Shown: in pieces, positions 48,480 through 57,162 of the stretch | How the letters are laid out: the number at the start of each line of letters is the position of its first letter | Numbering within the stretch: the stretch's first letter is position 1 | Origin: an uncultured Nitrososphaerota archaeon | Lineage (GTDB): Archaea; Thermoproteota; Methanomethylicia; Nezhaarchaeales; WYZ-LMO8 | Length of the DNA stretch: 57,162 nucleotides | NCBI GenBank assembly: GCA_964562935.1 | Contig: CAZLVJ010000001.1 | Span: 33,859-91,020 of the forward strand | Direction of reading: 5' to 3' | The notes under the pieces: generated by a model | Database searches by the model: none | Told to the model about the DNA's origin: nothing | The model's input: the letters and a program-made list of their open reading frames with translations, nothing else | Translations under genes and position numbers: made by a program

Positions 48480-48938
48480 TTATTTCTTCCTTTCTTTCTT
48501 GACCTCTTTCTTAGCTGGTGCCGCCTTCTCTTCCGCTACCACTACTGGCGTCGTGGGCAAGCCAGCCTTGGCCTTTATCTCATTGACCTTAGCCACTATC
48601 TCTTCTACGAGCTCCTTAGCCTGTCCTGCCTCAATTATGGTCGCCGAGGCAGCCTTAACCTCGATCCCAGCCGCCTGCCCTAATTTTTCTTTGCTCGGCA
48701 CGTAGACGTATGGTATTTTTCTCTCTTCGCATAGCAATGGCAAGTGCATCACCACTTCGGGAGGGTCAACGTCCTCAGCTATTAGCACAAGCTTCGCCAG
48801 CCCTCTCTCAACGGCCTTGGTCGTCTCATTAGTTCCCTTCTTTATCTTGCCAGTCTCTCTAGCAATCTTCAAGGCCTCGTAGGCTTTTTCAGCGAGCTCC
48901 GGCGGCACCTCAAACCTAACGTAGCTTGGCTTAGGCAT
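48480..48938 (-). CDS. rpl7ae: 50S ribosomal protein L7Ae with about 25-aa Lys/Ala/Pro-rich C-terminal extension
   Basis: [45 protein letters not shown]. The extra tail is [26 protein letters not shown]. Confidence 0.92.
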   Translation of the reverse strand: MPKPSYVRFEVPPELAEKAYEALKIARETGKIKKGTNETTKAVERGLAKLVLIAEDVDPPEVVMHLPLLCEERKIPYVYVPSKEKLGQAAGIEVKAASATIIEAGQAKELVEEIVAKVNEIKAKAGLPTTPVVVAEEKAAPAKKEVKKERKK

Positions 48939-49004
48939 GCATCCCTCACCTCCTTCTTGTCATCAATTCATGGGTCGAACAAGTCTTTACCTGCTGGCAC
49001 CGCA

Positions 49005-49011
49005 TTATAAA
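49005..49011 (-). promoter_or_regulatory. TATA-box candidate for rpl7ae
   Basis: The minus strand reads AAAAG-TTTATAA (BRE-like plus consensus TATA) about 70 nt upstream of ATG 48938. Confidence 0.4.
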
Positions 49012-49036
49012 CTTTTTAACTAACCATTGCCTTTAA

Positions 49037-50788
49037 TCACTCATGGGCTAAGTAAAATACGAGCTTTCGCGCCTCCACTTCTTTGCGGTCGAGCCTTGCG
49101 AATCCTATGCGCACCAACTGGACTATGGATCCTTCCCCCAACTTTTCGAGGCCCTTCTCCCCAACCCCTAGGGCTTTGCTAGCATCTGGCATTACGACTT
49201 CGACCTTAACGTTATTATCGACTGGAACCCATTGTATTATCGGCGCTTTGAGGCGCAGGGCTTCTTCGACGCTCTCTCCTTTATAGAGCGCGTAAACCGC
49301 ATCGCTTTCGACTCTCTCTAATTGGATATTGAATAGAGACATCAATCGAACAAGAGGACTTCGCTTCAAGAGCTCAACGTCTCTCTTAGATACATAGACC
49401 CTAGCCTCGTTGCCTACTGATGTTACCTCTATCTCCCTAAACCCTCTTTCGGGGAAGTCTGGATGTAATTGAGGCCTAGCGACAGAAAATGCAGGAGCGC
49501 CTTTAATTATGAGCTTTAAGGGCTCAAGAACGCAAAAGTACCTATCAGCTCTCGGATCCAAGTACTTGCGGTTCACGGAGTATATGTTCTCCCAGCTCAA
49601 CGACGCTTCTGAGCTCTTTATTCCCACGTGGAGGATTATCTCCTTGAGAGTCTCCGGCAGTATGCCCCTCTTCCTAATGGCCATTATCGTGCCCAGGCGA
49701 GGGTCGTCCCACCATAGGAACTCTCCTTTTGCTATGCCCTTGCTTATTTGAGACTTGCTCAATATTATGCCCGTTAGTTTTAGCCGCCCGAAGTGAATGG
49801 TCTCTGGGAACTTCCATTCCATGTGGTCAAAGACATACCTCTGCTTGACCGTGTTGGTTATGTGTTCTTTAGCCCTCAGTATGTGGCTCACCTTGAGCTC
49901 GTGATCGTCGACGGCAGAGGCGAAGTTGTAGGTGGGCCATACGAAGTACTTGCTTCCGACTCTTGGATGAGGGTTCTTCTCAACATCTATCACCCTAAAG
50001 GCGACCCAATCCCTTACCGATACGTCGGGGTGATTTAGATCGGTCTTTATCCTAACGACGGCCTCCTTTTCCTCGTACTTCAGAGACAGCATGTCCTCGA
50101 ACCTCTCAAGGTGTTCTTCGGGGCTCAGCCCCCTACAGGGACAGGGCTTGCCTACGTCGCGGAGCGACTTAAACAGCTCTTGGTCACAGGTGCATACGTA
50201 TGCTCCGCCCCTTCTCAAGAGCTCTTTACAAACATCATAGTATACTTCGAGCCTATCGGACTGATAGATAACTTCGTCGGGCTTTATTCCCAACCACTCT
50301 ATGTCCTCTATTATCCACTTGTAAGCTTCTGGCAAAGGCCTCTTCGTCTTTGGGTCTGTATCATCGAACCTCAATATGAACCTCCCTTTGTACATTTTGG
50401 CGTACTCGTAGGACAATATGAGCGGCCTCAGACTGCCCAAGTGAAGTGGAGCATCTGGATTAGGAGCAAACCTTGTTACTATTACCTCGTACTTATCAGC
50501 GTTGGGTAGGGGAGGTAGAGCCTTCTCCTCCACCTCTCTCCTCTTTGCCATGGCTTCGGAGTACTTCTCCTCCACCTCTCTCCTAATGTCCTCCAAGCTC
50601 ATCCTATTTACTTCGCTTATCAATCCTTCGACTAATTTAGCGAGAGCCCTGGCTTGACCCCTCAGGTCAGGCCTCACGGCAATGACCTTGCCGAGTACAG
50701 GTCCTGGAGCTGCCTTCCCGCCGTGCTCGTAAGCGTTTATTAGAGCATATTTCCTTATCAGTTGAACCACGTCGTCTGAGAAGCTCAT
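49037..50788 (-). CDS. gltX: glutamyl-tRNA synthetase (archaeal type)
   Basis: RFAPNPDAPLHLGS (HIGH-type), RFDDTDP and the class I core. 583 aa. Confidence 0.92.
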   Translation of the reverse strand: MSFSDDVVQLIRKYALINAYEHGGKAAPGPVLGKVIAVRPDLRGQARALAKLVEGLISEVNRMSLEDIRREVEEKYSEAMAKRREVEEKALPPLPNADKYEVIVTRFAPNPDAPLHLGSLRPLILSYEYAKMYKGRFILRFDDTDPKTKRPLPEAYKWIIEDIEWLGIKPDEVIYQSDRLEVYYDVCKELLRRGGAYVCTCDQELFKSLRDVGKPCPCRGLSPEEHLERFEDMLSLKYEEKEAVVRIKTDLNHPDVSVRDWVAFRVIDVEKNPHPRVGSKYFVWPTYNFASAVDDHELKVSHILRAKEHITNTVKQRYVFDHMEWKFPETIHFGRLKLTGIILSKSQISKGIAKGEFLWWDDPRLGTIMAIRKRGILPETLKEIILHVGIKSSEASLSWENIYSVNRKYLDPRADRYFCVLEPLKLIIKGAPAFSVARPQLHPDFPERGFREIEVTSVGNEARVYVSKRDVELLKRSPLVRLMSLFNIQLERVESDAVYALYKGESVEEALRLKAPIIQWVPVDNNVKVEVVMPDASKALGVGEKGLEKLGEGSIVQLVRIGFARLDRKEVEARKLVFYLAHE

Positions 50789-51891
50789 ATGGCCCTCCTT
50801 CTTCTCAAGTATTCATTGACGTCTATGCCCCTCACTTTAAGCCACTCTTTAACCCTCCCTGTTATAATGACCTCAGTCCTCTTCAAGTCCTTCAAGTTTC
50901 GAGAAGCCGTTAAAAACATAGCTCCCCGTAATTGCTCTATTAAGACTCTTAGGTAGGCCCTCAAGGCCTCAATGCCGCGGCTCACGGCCCTTAAGGCTGG
51001 CAAGGCTATTCCGACGAGGTCGGCCCCTAGCGCTATGGCTTTGGCGCAATCGATCCCGCTTCTTATTCCTCCAGACGCTATCACGGGGACGTCGACCCCA
51101 CTTTTAACTTCAATAAGGCTTACGACGGTCGGTATGCCCCATTCGGCGAAGGCCTCGGCCACCTCGGCCCTAAAGCTATCCCCGTGCCTCCTAGCTCTCC
51201 ACGCCTCGACCTTGCACCAGCTCGTCCCTCCGGCTCCAGCCACGTCTATAGCCTTTACTAGGCCCTCCTCGACGAGTCTTATAGCATCCTCGCGCGAAAT
51301 GCCGCATCCAGTCTCTTTGACTATTACGGGGACTTCTACGGCCTCTGAGACCCTCCTAATGGCTTGCAACGCGCCTTTGAACTTAAGGTCTCCTCCCATT
51401 TGAGAGAACTCATGCGCTGGGTTTAAGTGTATGTTAAGCGCGTTTGCCTCGATCATCTGCACTATTTTGCGCACGTGGCCCACATCAAATTGGCTTACGA
51501 GCTGAGTTGCGCCAATATTGGCGATTATATAGGCCGTCGGCGCTCTTTTGCGCACTACCGCGAAGGTATCAACAAGGCCCTCGTTGAGTAACGCGGCCCT
51601 CTGACTACCTACGGCCATGGCCAAGCCCATTTCCTCGACCACTTGGGCTAGCGCGCTATTTATTTCCTTAGCCTTAGGGTGCCCTCCGGTCATTGCCGAA
51701 ATTAGTATCGGAGCCCTTAATTTGAAGCCGAAGAAGTCCGTCTCCAACTTAACCTCGTCGACGTCTATTTCTGGTAGGCATCTATGGACGAGCCACACGT
51801 CCTCAAACCCAGCAGTGTTATGGTGCATTTCGACGTCCTCTCTCAGGCATATCTCTATGTGCTCGAACTTCCGATTGCTTATGTCGCTCAA
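50785..51891 (-). CDS. fni: type 2 isopentenyl-diphosphate delta-isomerase (FMN-dependent)
   Basis: NRKFEHIEICL N-terminus, a TIM-barrel FMN motif and GGIRSG.D..KA.ALGA. Confidence 0.92.
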   Translation of the reverse strand: MSDISNRKFEHIEICLREDVEMHHNTAGFEDVWLVHRCLPEIDVDEVKLETDFFGFKLRAPILISAMTGGHPKAKEINSALAQVVEEMGLAMAVGSQRAALLNEGLVDTFAVVRKRAPTAYIIANIGATQLVSQFDVGHVRKIVQMIEANALNIHLNPAHEFSQMGGDLKFKGALQAIRRVSEAVEVPVIVKETGCGISREDAIRLVEEGLVKAIDVAGAGGTSWCKVEAWRARRHGDSFRAEVAEAFAEWGIPTVVSLIEVKSGVDVPVIASGGIRSGIDCAKAIALGADLVGIALPALRAVSRGIEALRAYLRVLIEQLRGAMFLTASRNLKDLKRTEVIITGRVKEWLKVRGIDVNEYLRRRRAI

Positions 51892-51896
51892 TCGAC

Positions 51897-52688
51897 TTAC
51901 GCCTCCTTTATCATGGTTCCTTTGAAGTCTAGTCCATCAAGCGCTTTAAGTAAATTTTTTCCACGCCAACTTACGAAGCAGACAACTTTTACGCCACCAC
52001 GAAAAGCGCTAAATGCTTCTTTTATTTTCTTGAGAAGTCCTCCTGTAGCGTCAGAGTCAGAAGCTGCGATCCCTATTCTCTTTAGAACGTCCTCGTTTAA
52101 GAACTTCACGAGCTTGGCGCCTGGTACCCTCTTAGGATCCTCGAGGTATATGCCGTTGACGTCAAGCACGTAGATGAGCTTGTCGGCTTTAAGCTTCAAG
52201 GCTAAGAACGAGGCTATTGCATCCCCGGACAAAATGCTCACGCCACGTCTACCTCTATCTAAGACAACGTCCCCGTATAAGACGGGGATGAAGCCTCTTC
52301 TTAACGCCTCTTCAACACCCTCAATAAAGTGTTCCTTGACGTCGCCTTCCTCTAGAATAAATGATGACGATGGCTCAACGGTGTAGGGCCTTCCCCCCAG
52401 TCTCACGAATTCCTTGACAACCTCTTCGTTAAGCTTCCTCATGGCCAACCTCGTGAGAGCAACGCCCACGTAACTTTCATCACTGATCAGTCCCCTGTTT
52501 AGCTTATACTTCATAGCTAATGGATGACCAAAAGACCCTCCGCCATGGACTACAACGACCTTGCCACCCCTCTCCACATGGTTGAGGACTTGAGAGCACA
52601 TGCTCTTCAAAGCCTTCCTTCTCACAGTGAATGGTCTGTCCTTCAAGGTGATGGCACTTCCTCCAAATTTCACAATCGACAAGGTCAT
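51897..52688 (-). CDS. ipk: isopentenyl phosphate kinase (amino-acid-kinase fold)
   Basis: IVKFGGSAIT and VVVHGGGSFGH motifs. Sits between fni and the MVK slot. Confidence 0.88.
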   Translation of the reverse strand: MTLSIVKFGGSAITLKDRPFTVRRKALKSMCSQVLNHVERGGKVVVVHGGGSFGHPLAMKYKLNRGLISDESYVGVALTRLAMRKLNEEVVKEFVRLGGRPYTVEPSSSFILEEGDVKEHFIEGVEEALRRGFIPVLYGDVVLDRGRRGVSILSGDAIASFLALKLKADKLIYVLDVNGIYLEDPKRVPGAKLVKFLNEDVLKRIGIAASDSDATGGLLKKIKEAFSAFRGGVKVVCFVSWRGKNLLKALDGLDFKGTMIKEA

Positions 52689-52694
52689 GTTTGC

Positions 52695-53537
52695 TCAGCC
52701 CATCAATGCGATAGCTTGAAAGCCCATAGAACTAGAGGCCCTCAGGCCCTCGTCTAGTGCGTTGCGATCCTCGCCAAAGAGAATGAAGCCCCTAAAGTCT
52801 TCATCGACTTTGCACGCTATTCCCTTCAAGCTAGAAAGCCTCTCATAGGCTTTGAGGGTCGAGAGCGGGAGCCCCGACAGTGCGACACACAGCCTGCTGT
52901 ATTTGACGAGGGCTTTGCGAAAGAGTTCAAAGTCGCCGTCAATGATTGAGCGCGCTACCATGATTATCGCTCTACCCAAGGCGTGAAAAGCTACATTGAA
53001 GACTTCCTCAAGCCCTTCGACCTCATAAATCCTAAATCTTAGAGGTGCTTTTATGCTTAGGCCTATTCTCCAGGGAAAATCTTTTCGGAGCTCAGCTAAG
53101 CCCTCACCTTCTCGATATGCCACGAGCCCCTCACTCCTCATGCTCTCTAAGACTGCCTTGATTCTCGTGCTAGAGGTGGCCAACTTTCTTGAAAGCTCGT
53201 AAGCCGAAAAGCCCTTTGGATCCATCTCCCTAAGTAGCGTCGAGAAGATTGCAATCAATGAATCCATGGGCGACAAGTTTTCAGAGCTTCGAATAAGGAC
53301 ATCGATCTTTAAAGAGTTTAAACGAGATGAAAAGACTTTCGAAAGCCTTTTCTCGAGATACTTGGCGAGAGGATTTGGCCATTCGACCTTTAATGACCCA
53401 GTACCTGGGCGGATCGACATCGAGAACCCTTTATCCTTCGCAACGTAGCACAACATGGGGTAATCGTACTTGACGAGGGACTGGCCGATTATACTCGTCG
53501 GGACTTTCACGAACAAGTTCTTGGACATCGAGGTCAC
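52695..53537 (-). CDS. divergent GHMP-kinase-like protein in the mevalonate-kinase position, catalytic motifs degenerate
   Basis: KVPTSIIGQSLVKYDYPML aligns by eye to the MVK motif K.P.K.ILFGEHAVVYG.PA. The motif II position reads RSSENLSPMDSLIA instead of P.G.GLGSSAA. The motif III position reads ACKVDEDFRGFILF instead of GAKLTGAGGGGC. Confidence 0.5.
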   Translation of the reverse strand: MTSMSKNLFVKVPTSIIGQSLVKYDYPMLCYVAKDKGFSMSIRPGTGSLKVEWPNPLAKYLEKRLSKVFSSRLNSLKIDVLIRSSENLSPMDSLIAIFSTLLREMDPKGFSAYELSRKLATSSTRIKAVLESMRSEGLVAYREGEGLAELRKDFPWRIGLSIKAPLRFRIYEVEGLEEVFNVAFHALGRAIIMVARSIIDGDFELFRKALVKYSRLCVALSGLPLSTLKAYERLSSLKGIACKVDEDFRGFILFGEDRNALDEGLRASSSMGFQAIALMG

Positions 53538-54385
53538 TTTTCGACCTTCACAGAGCCGTATCCAACTACCGAGTACTTATCGCCAGTGACGTCACCTGAG
53601 GTTGCGTACTTCAATATCGTTGCTTTCTTGGCCCCCAACTTCTTTACAGCATAAAGCATTGAAGCTACAGGGCCAGGGCCGCACATCGATACGGGCAGAG
53701 AGTCGACTAGCTTCAGCATCAAATCAGGGTCCAAGGCTTCTATGGCCTTCAACACTTTAACGTCCTTGTTACAAGCCCTATCGTGGGGCTCGTAATGGGT
53801 GAGGTCTGTTGAGGCTATTATCACGGCGTTTTCATACTCGACGGCCTTGGCTATGGCATTGCCCACCTCTACGCACACATCCCTCATCTGAAGCATCATG
53901 CATATGGGGACGAAGCTGAAGCGATCGCCATAGATGTATTGCAGTAGCGGTAGCTGGACTTCTATCGAGTGCTCCTGCAAATGGGCTAGCTCGTCAACTG
54001 CTACTATATCGCTATTTCTAACTATCCTCCTCGCTACTTCGCTGTTGATCTCAACGTTTCCGAGAGGCGTCCTCCAGTAACCGCTATCGACTATTGAGAC
54101 TCCAGACCCTAGGCCCGTGTGGTTTGGGCCTAGTATCACCACGACGTCGGGGATTCCATCTTTAGCGAGCTCGGCGTAGGAGTGCGCAGCTATCGGTCCT
54201 GAGTACACGTAGCCTGCGTGAGGACACACCAAGCCTATTATGTTCCTCTCGCCTTGTTCATTAATTGAGGGAATGGAGCCGGGGCCTAGTTCGTGCTTAA
54301 AACACCACTCTATTCTCTTCTTGAGCGTCTCGCTATCTCCTTCGTAGAATAAGCCCGCTACAGCTGGATACCTAATCTTTCTCAA
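53534..54385 (-). CDS. MEMO1 / AmmeMemoRadiSam system protein B family
   Basis: R.PAVAGLFY N-terminus, CPHAGY and GPNH motifs. 283 aa. Confidence 0.88.
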   Translation of the reverse strand: MRKIRYPAVAGLFYEGDSETLKKRIEWCFKHELGPGSIPSINEQGERNIIGLVCPHAGYVYSGPIAAHSYAELAKDGIPDVVVILGPNHTGLGSGVSIVDSGYWRTPLGNVEINSEVARRIVRNSDIVAVDELAHLQEHSIEVQLPLLQYIYGDRFSFVPICMMLQMRDVCVEVGNAIAKAVEYENAVIIASTDLTHYEPHDRACNKDVKVLKAIEALDPDLMLKLVDSLPVSMCGPGPVASMLYAVKKLGAKKATILKYATSGDVTGDKYSVVGYGSVKVEK

Positions 54386-54423
54386 ACCTACAACACCAGA
54401 AAAAGTAGCCGAGATACGACTCT

Positions 54424-55074
54424 TTAACTTTCCTCTGAAGAAGAGGCCTCTTCGATGGGTAGCCTGGCCTCGAACTCTGCTACGGGTACTGGTAGGTCAC
54501 CATCAGGCGGTATTACCCCTCTTTCTCTCAGAACTTGGCGGGTCAAGAGCCAGTAGACGAGCGCCAAGGACTTTCTGCCTTTGTTATTGACTGGTATTAT
54601 GAGGTCGACAAAGGCGGCGTCGTTGTCCGTATCGCAGAATGCTATTACTGGCACGCCTATTTCGGCGGCCTCATCTATAGCTTGCTCATCTGCCCTCGTG
54701 TCGGTGGCTATGAGGAGCTCAGGCTCCATGTAGAAGGGGAGCTTGGGGTTTGTGAAGGTGCCTGGAATGAACCGGCCTGGTATTGCGACAGCGCCCGTCA
54801 AGTTCGCGAACTTCTCGATACATCTAAAGCCGTACTGCCTCGACGAAACGGCCACAACCTTAGGGGGGTCATACCTAGCTATCATCTTCGCGGCTATTCT
54901 AATCCTTTCATCGGTTTTTGCCAGGTCTATGACGCAGAGACCGTCAGGCCTGATTTTGTAGATGAAGGGCCTGAGCGCTATAGTCTTTATGTGAGTACCT
55001 AGGTGGACTCCAGCCTTCAAGTACTCCTCCCTTGCTATTAACAGCTCCTTTTGTTGCAGAGCCACGCAATACAC
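54424..55074 (-). CDS. rps2: 30S ribosomal protein S2 (uS2)
   Basis: YLKAGVHLGT..., PGRFIPGTFTNP and a DTD..A..EA...GIPVIA-type motif. Confidence 0.92.
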   Translation of the reverse strand: MYCVALQQKELLIAREEYLKAGVHLGTHIKTIALRPFIYKIRPDGLCVIDLAKTDERIRIAAKMIARYDPPKVVAVSSRQYGFRCIEKFANLTGAVAIPGRFIPGTFTNPKLPFYMEPELLIATDTRADEQAIDEAAEIGVPVIAFCDTDNDAAFVDLIIPVNNKGRKSLALVYWLLTRQVLRERGVIPPDGDLPVPVAEFEARLPIEEASSSEES

Positions 55075-55075
55075 C

Positions 55076-56344
55076 TCAGCGAGTCAATTGTGGTGGAAGC
55101 TCAGCCATAGATTTAACGTTTTCTAACATCTCCTCAACTCTGATGAGCTCATTGTGCTTGACCATTCTCTCCCCGCCTAAAATCCCAGCTTTTATGACTG
55201 GGCATCTAAGTCCAACAGCGAGGTGGCTTATGAACGTGTCCTCGGTCTCCCCCGACCTGTGCGACATCACCGGCATAAGCCCGCCAGCCCTCGCAACTCT
55301 CAGAGCTCTATAGGCATCCGTGAGAGTTCCAACTTGGTTTGGCTTTATTATGATAGCATTTGCTGCCTTAAGCTCAAGTCCCGTCTTGATCCTGACCACG
55401 TTCGTGGTGAAGAGGTCGTCGCCGCATATGAGGGCTCTGTGGCCTATAGCCTTTACCAAAAGGCTAAAGCCCTCGAAGTCTTCTTCGTGTAGTGGGTCCT
55501 CGATGTACCTCAAATCGTACCTCTCGGCCACCTCGATTACATAATTTATTTGCTCCTCCCGAGTACGGCCCTTCCCTTCCCTCTTGAGGAAGTAGACCTT
55601 CCCTTCAGACATCCACATGCTTGAAGCGGCGAAGTCGACCCCCAGCACTATCCTACGCCCGACCTCGTCGCTCACGTTGTGGCATGCCTCACTCAAAGCT
55701 TGGAAAGCCTCTTCGTCTGAAATGTTTGCAGCCCAAGCGCCCTCATCACCTCTGCCTCCAGCAAATGACTTGTCGAGCTTGCTTAGTATCTTGCCGACCT
55801 CTCTGTGGACTTTAAAGCAAATCTCTATGGCCTCGCTGTAGCTCTTAGCCCCTACGGGAATTATTAGGAACTCTTGAATGTTCGGAGCCCTTTCTCCAGC
55901 GTGCTTTCCCCCGCCTACGACGTTGCCCAGAGGGAATGGCATTTCTGTTGCAAATGCTCCCCCTACGTATTGGAAAAGTGGTAGCCCTAGAGATGAGGCC
56001 GCCGCCTTCGCTACCGCTATGGATATAGCTAAAGCGGTGGCCCCTCCTAACTTCGAGAAGTTACCGGTCCCGTCGACTTCATGTAATAAGCTATCAATAG
56101 CGACTTGGTCAGTGGAGTCCATGCCTATGAGTTTTTCTGCTACGACTTCGTTCACAAGCCTAACTGCTTCGTCGACCCCCCCTTTAGGAAATGGCACGAC
56201 CTCGTGGGCGCCAGTGCTCGCACCAGCTGGAGCTGAGGCCCTGCCAAAGCCATCGATCGTCACGACTTCGACTTCTATCGTCGGCCCTCCACGACTATCG
56301 TATATCTTCCTAGCGTAAACGTCTTCGATAATGGTCTCAGCCAA
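55076..56344 (-). CDS. eno: enolase
   Basis: DSRGGPTIEVEV, SHRSGETED and the rest of the family pattern. The maximal ORF reaches 56395 but overlaps rpoN. TTG 56344 (GAGGAG upstream) or GTG 56359 is the more likely start. Confidence 0.92.
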   Translation of the reverse strand: MAETIIEDVYARKIYDSRGGPTIEVEVVTIDGFGRASAPAGASTGAHEVVPFPKGGVDEAVRLVNEVVAEKLIGMDSTDQVAIDSLLHEVDGTGNFSKLGGATALAISIAVAKAAASSLGLPLFQYVGGAFATEMPFPLGNVVGGGKHAGERAPNIQEFLIIPVGAKSYSEAIEICFKVHREVGKILSKLDKSFAGGRGDEGAWAANISDEEAFQALSEACHNVSDEVGRRIVLGVDFAASSMWMSEGKVYFLKREGKGRTREEQINYVIEVAERYDLRYIEDPLHEEDFEGFSLLVKAIGHRALICGDDLFTTNVVRIKTGLELKAANAIIIKPNQVGTLTDAYRALRVARAGGLMPVMSHRSGETEDTFISHLAVGLRCPVIKAGILGGERMVKHNELIRVEEMLENVKSMAELPPQLTR

Positions 56345-56360
56345 TAAGTATCTCCTCACG

Positions 56361-56567
56361 CTAAGCCGATATCCTCTTGAACATAAGTAGCTCATCTATC
56401 AAGTCTATGTGGCTCAATAGCATGCGCCTACAACAGTACCTCTTGACGTTCAGCTCATCAAGAGCCTTCTTGGGGTCTTCGCCCTCATTAACGCGTTTCT
56501 TGAACTCCTCGTAGAGGTGGCCTATCGGCTTACCGCACGTGAAGCATCTTACGGGTATTATGACCAT
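56361..56567 (-). CDS. rpoN: DNA-directed RNA polymerase subunit N (Rpo10)
   Basis: [15 protein letters not shown] and YCCRRML zinc-binding motifs. 68 aa. Confidence 0.95.
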   Translation of the reverse strand: MVIIPVRCFTCGKPIGHLYEEFKKRVNEGEDPKKALDELNVKRYCCRRMLLSHIDLIDELLMFKRISA

Positions 56568-56583
56568 AGGCGATCACTTCAAG

Positions 56584-56997
56584 TTATCTGTAGCTCTTCT
56601 GCCTCTTAGCCCTTGCCGACCTGCCCCGAGGCTTCTTGGGCTCTGCCTCTCGAGGATCTCCTACCAACATATGCCTGTCGTATTGAAGGAGTATTTGCTT
56701 GACCTCGGGCCTATCTTTGAAGAACTCGACAACTCCTCTAGCTATGGCTATCCTTGATGCAACAGCTTGGCCCATAAATCCCCCACCTTCGACGCTGACG
56801 TCTATGTCGACGAGGTTCCTCAAGTCTCCTATGAGTAGCAGAGGTTCCATGATCTTCCAGCGCGCTATTTCGGGCTCCAAAATCTCGAGGGGCTTGCCAT
56901 TGATGAAGACCCTCCCCTTCCCAGGCTTTACGACGGCCCTCGCTACTGCCGTCTTTCTCTTGCCGGTCGTTAAAACTATCTTCTGAGTAATGCTCAT
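56584..56997 (-). CDS. rps9: 30S ribosomal protein S9 (uS9)
   Basis: [22 protein letters not shown] and a C-terminal KKPRGR.AR...QKSYR. ATG 56997 overlaps the L13 stop (ATGA). GTG 57006 is an alternative start. Confidence 0.92.
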   Translation of the reverse strand: MSITQKIVLTTGKRKTAVARAVVKPGKGRVFINGKPLEILEPEIARWKIMEPLLLIGDLRNLVDIDVSVEGGGFMGQAVASRIAIARGVVEFFKDRPEVKQILLQYDRHMLVGDPREAEPKKPRGRSARAKRQKSYR

Positions 56998-57162
56998 GAG
57001 CTCCACCCGACCTCCTTGGCAAGCTCGCCTATCGTTATGTATCTCCTAGCGAGCCGAGAGGCGTCGGCCTCGGGGAACCTTATCTTAGGCCTATTGGAGT
57101 ACTCTTCGGGGACGCCGATATAAACTCTCAAGTTCTTATATGCCATTCTGCCTTTCCATTGC
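56994..57162 (-). CDS. rpl13: 50S ribosomal protein L13 (uL13), 3' fragment (gene continues beyond the window)
   Basis: The frame reads ...[13 protein letters not shown]...[16 protein letters not shown]. Usual position upstream of rps9. Confidence 0.8.
   Translation of the reverse strand, partial: QWKGRMAYKNLRVYIGVPEEYSNRPKIRFPEADASRLARRYITIGELAKEVGWSS

Noticed and set aside
1-57162. Search for tRNA, rRNA, CRISPR repeats, IS/transposase or integrase genes
   Set aside because: I saw no T-arm (GGTTCRAATCC-like) or acceptor patterns, no rRNA-like stretches, no regularly spaced direct repeats and no transposase or integrase motifs. This was an eye scan only, so tRNAscan-SE/Infernal should confirm it.

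Overview
Archaeal chromosomal window, probably Thermoproteota/Crenarchaeota-like. GC is about 50%. GGAGGUGA-type Shine-Dalgarno sequences are common, as are GTG/TTG starts and 4-nt ATGA/GTGA stop-start overlaps. The 1-30 kb part holds metabolic and accessory genes: nitroreductase, an SCP2/Fe-ADH/tungsten-AOR cluster, amidase, a GalT-like protein, a 2-hydroxyacyl-CoA-dehydratase-type cluster with its activase, LLM oxidoreductase, Zn-ADH, PAP2, ADP-ribosylglycohydrolase, MBL hydrolase, radical SAM, a flavoprotein, and TauE/DUF1634. It also has an ORF-poor, apparently decaying stretch at about 23.6-26 kb containing a doubly frameshifted bPH_2/SHOCT gene. The 30-57 kb part holds aEF-2, an ECF transporter and the conserved archaeal information-processing supercluster, all on the minus strand except S28e. 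Its order is L13-S9-RpoN-enolase-S2-Memo-(MVK-like)-IPK-IDI2-GluRS-L7Ae-[S28e]-L24e-Ndk-aIF5B-S6e-aIF2gamma-PIN-RpoE'-Spt4-DPCK-S24e-Kae1-Bud32-TatD. The main discovery is that both initiation-factor GTPase genes, aIF5B and aIF2-gamma, are interrupted by short GC-rich hairpins of 30 and 33 nt that carry in-frame stop codons. Both hairpins fold into bulge-helix-bulge (or bulge-helix-loop) motifs. Applying the tRNA-splicing-endonuclease cleavage rule removes exactly the inserted nucleotides and restores the family-consensus protein sequence, so these are predicted mRNA mini-introns. Other leads are a box C/D sRNA candidate, a tandem 13-mer operator-like repeat at the dehydratase promoter, a degenerate kinase-dead-looking GHMP protein in the mevalonate-kinase slot, an inverted S28e gene, and a perfect 16-bp hairpin whose arm sequence recurs elsewhere. 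I found no rRNA, tRNA, CRISPR array or transposase.
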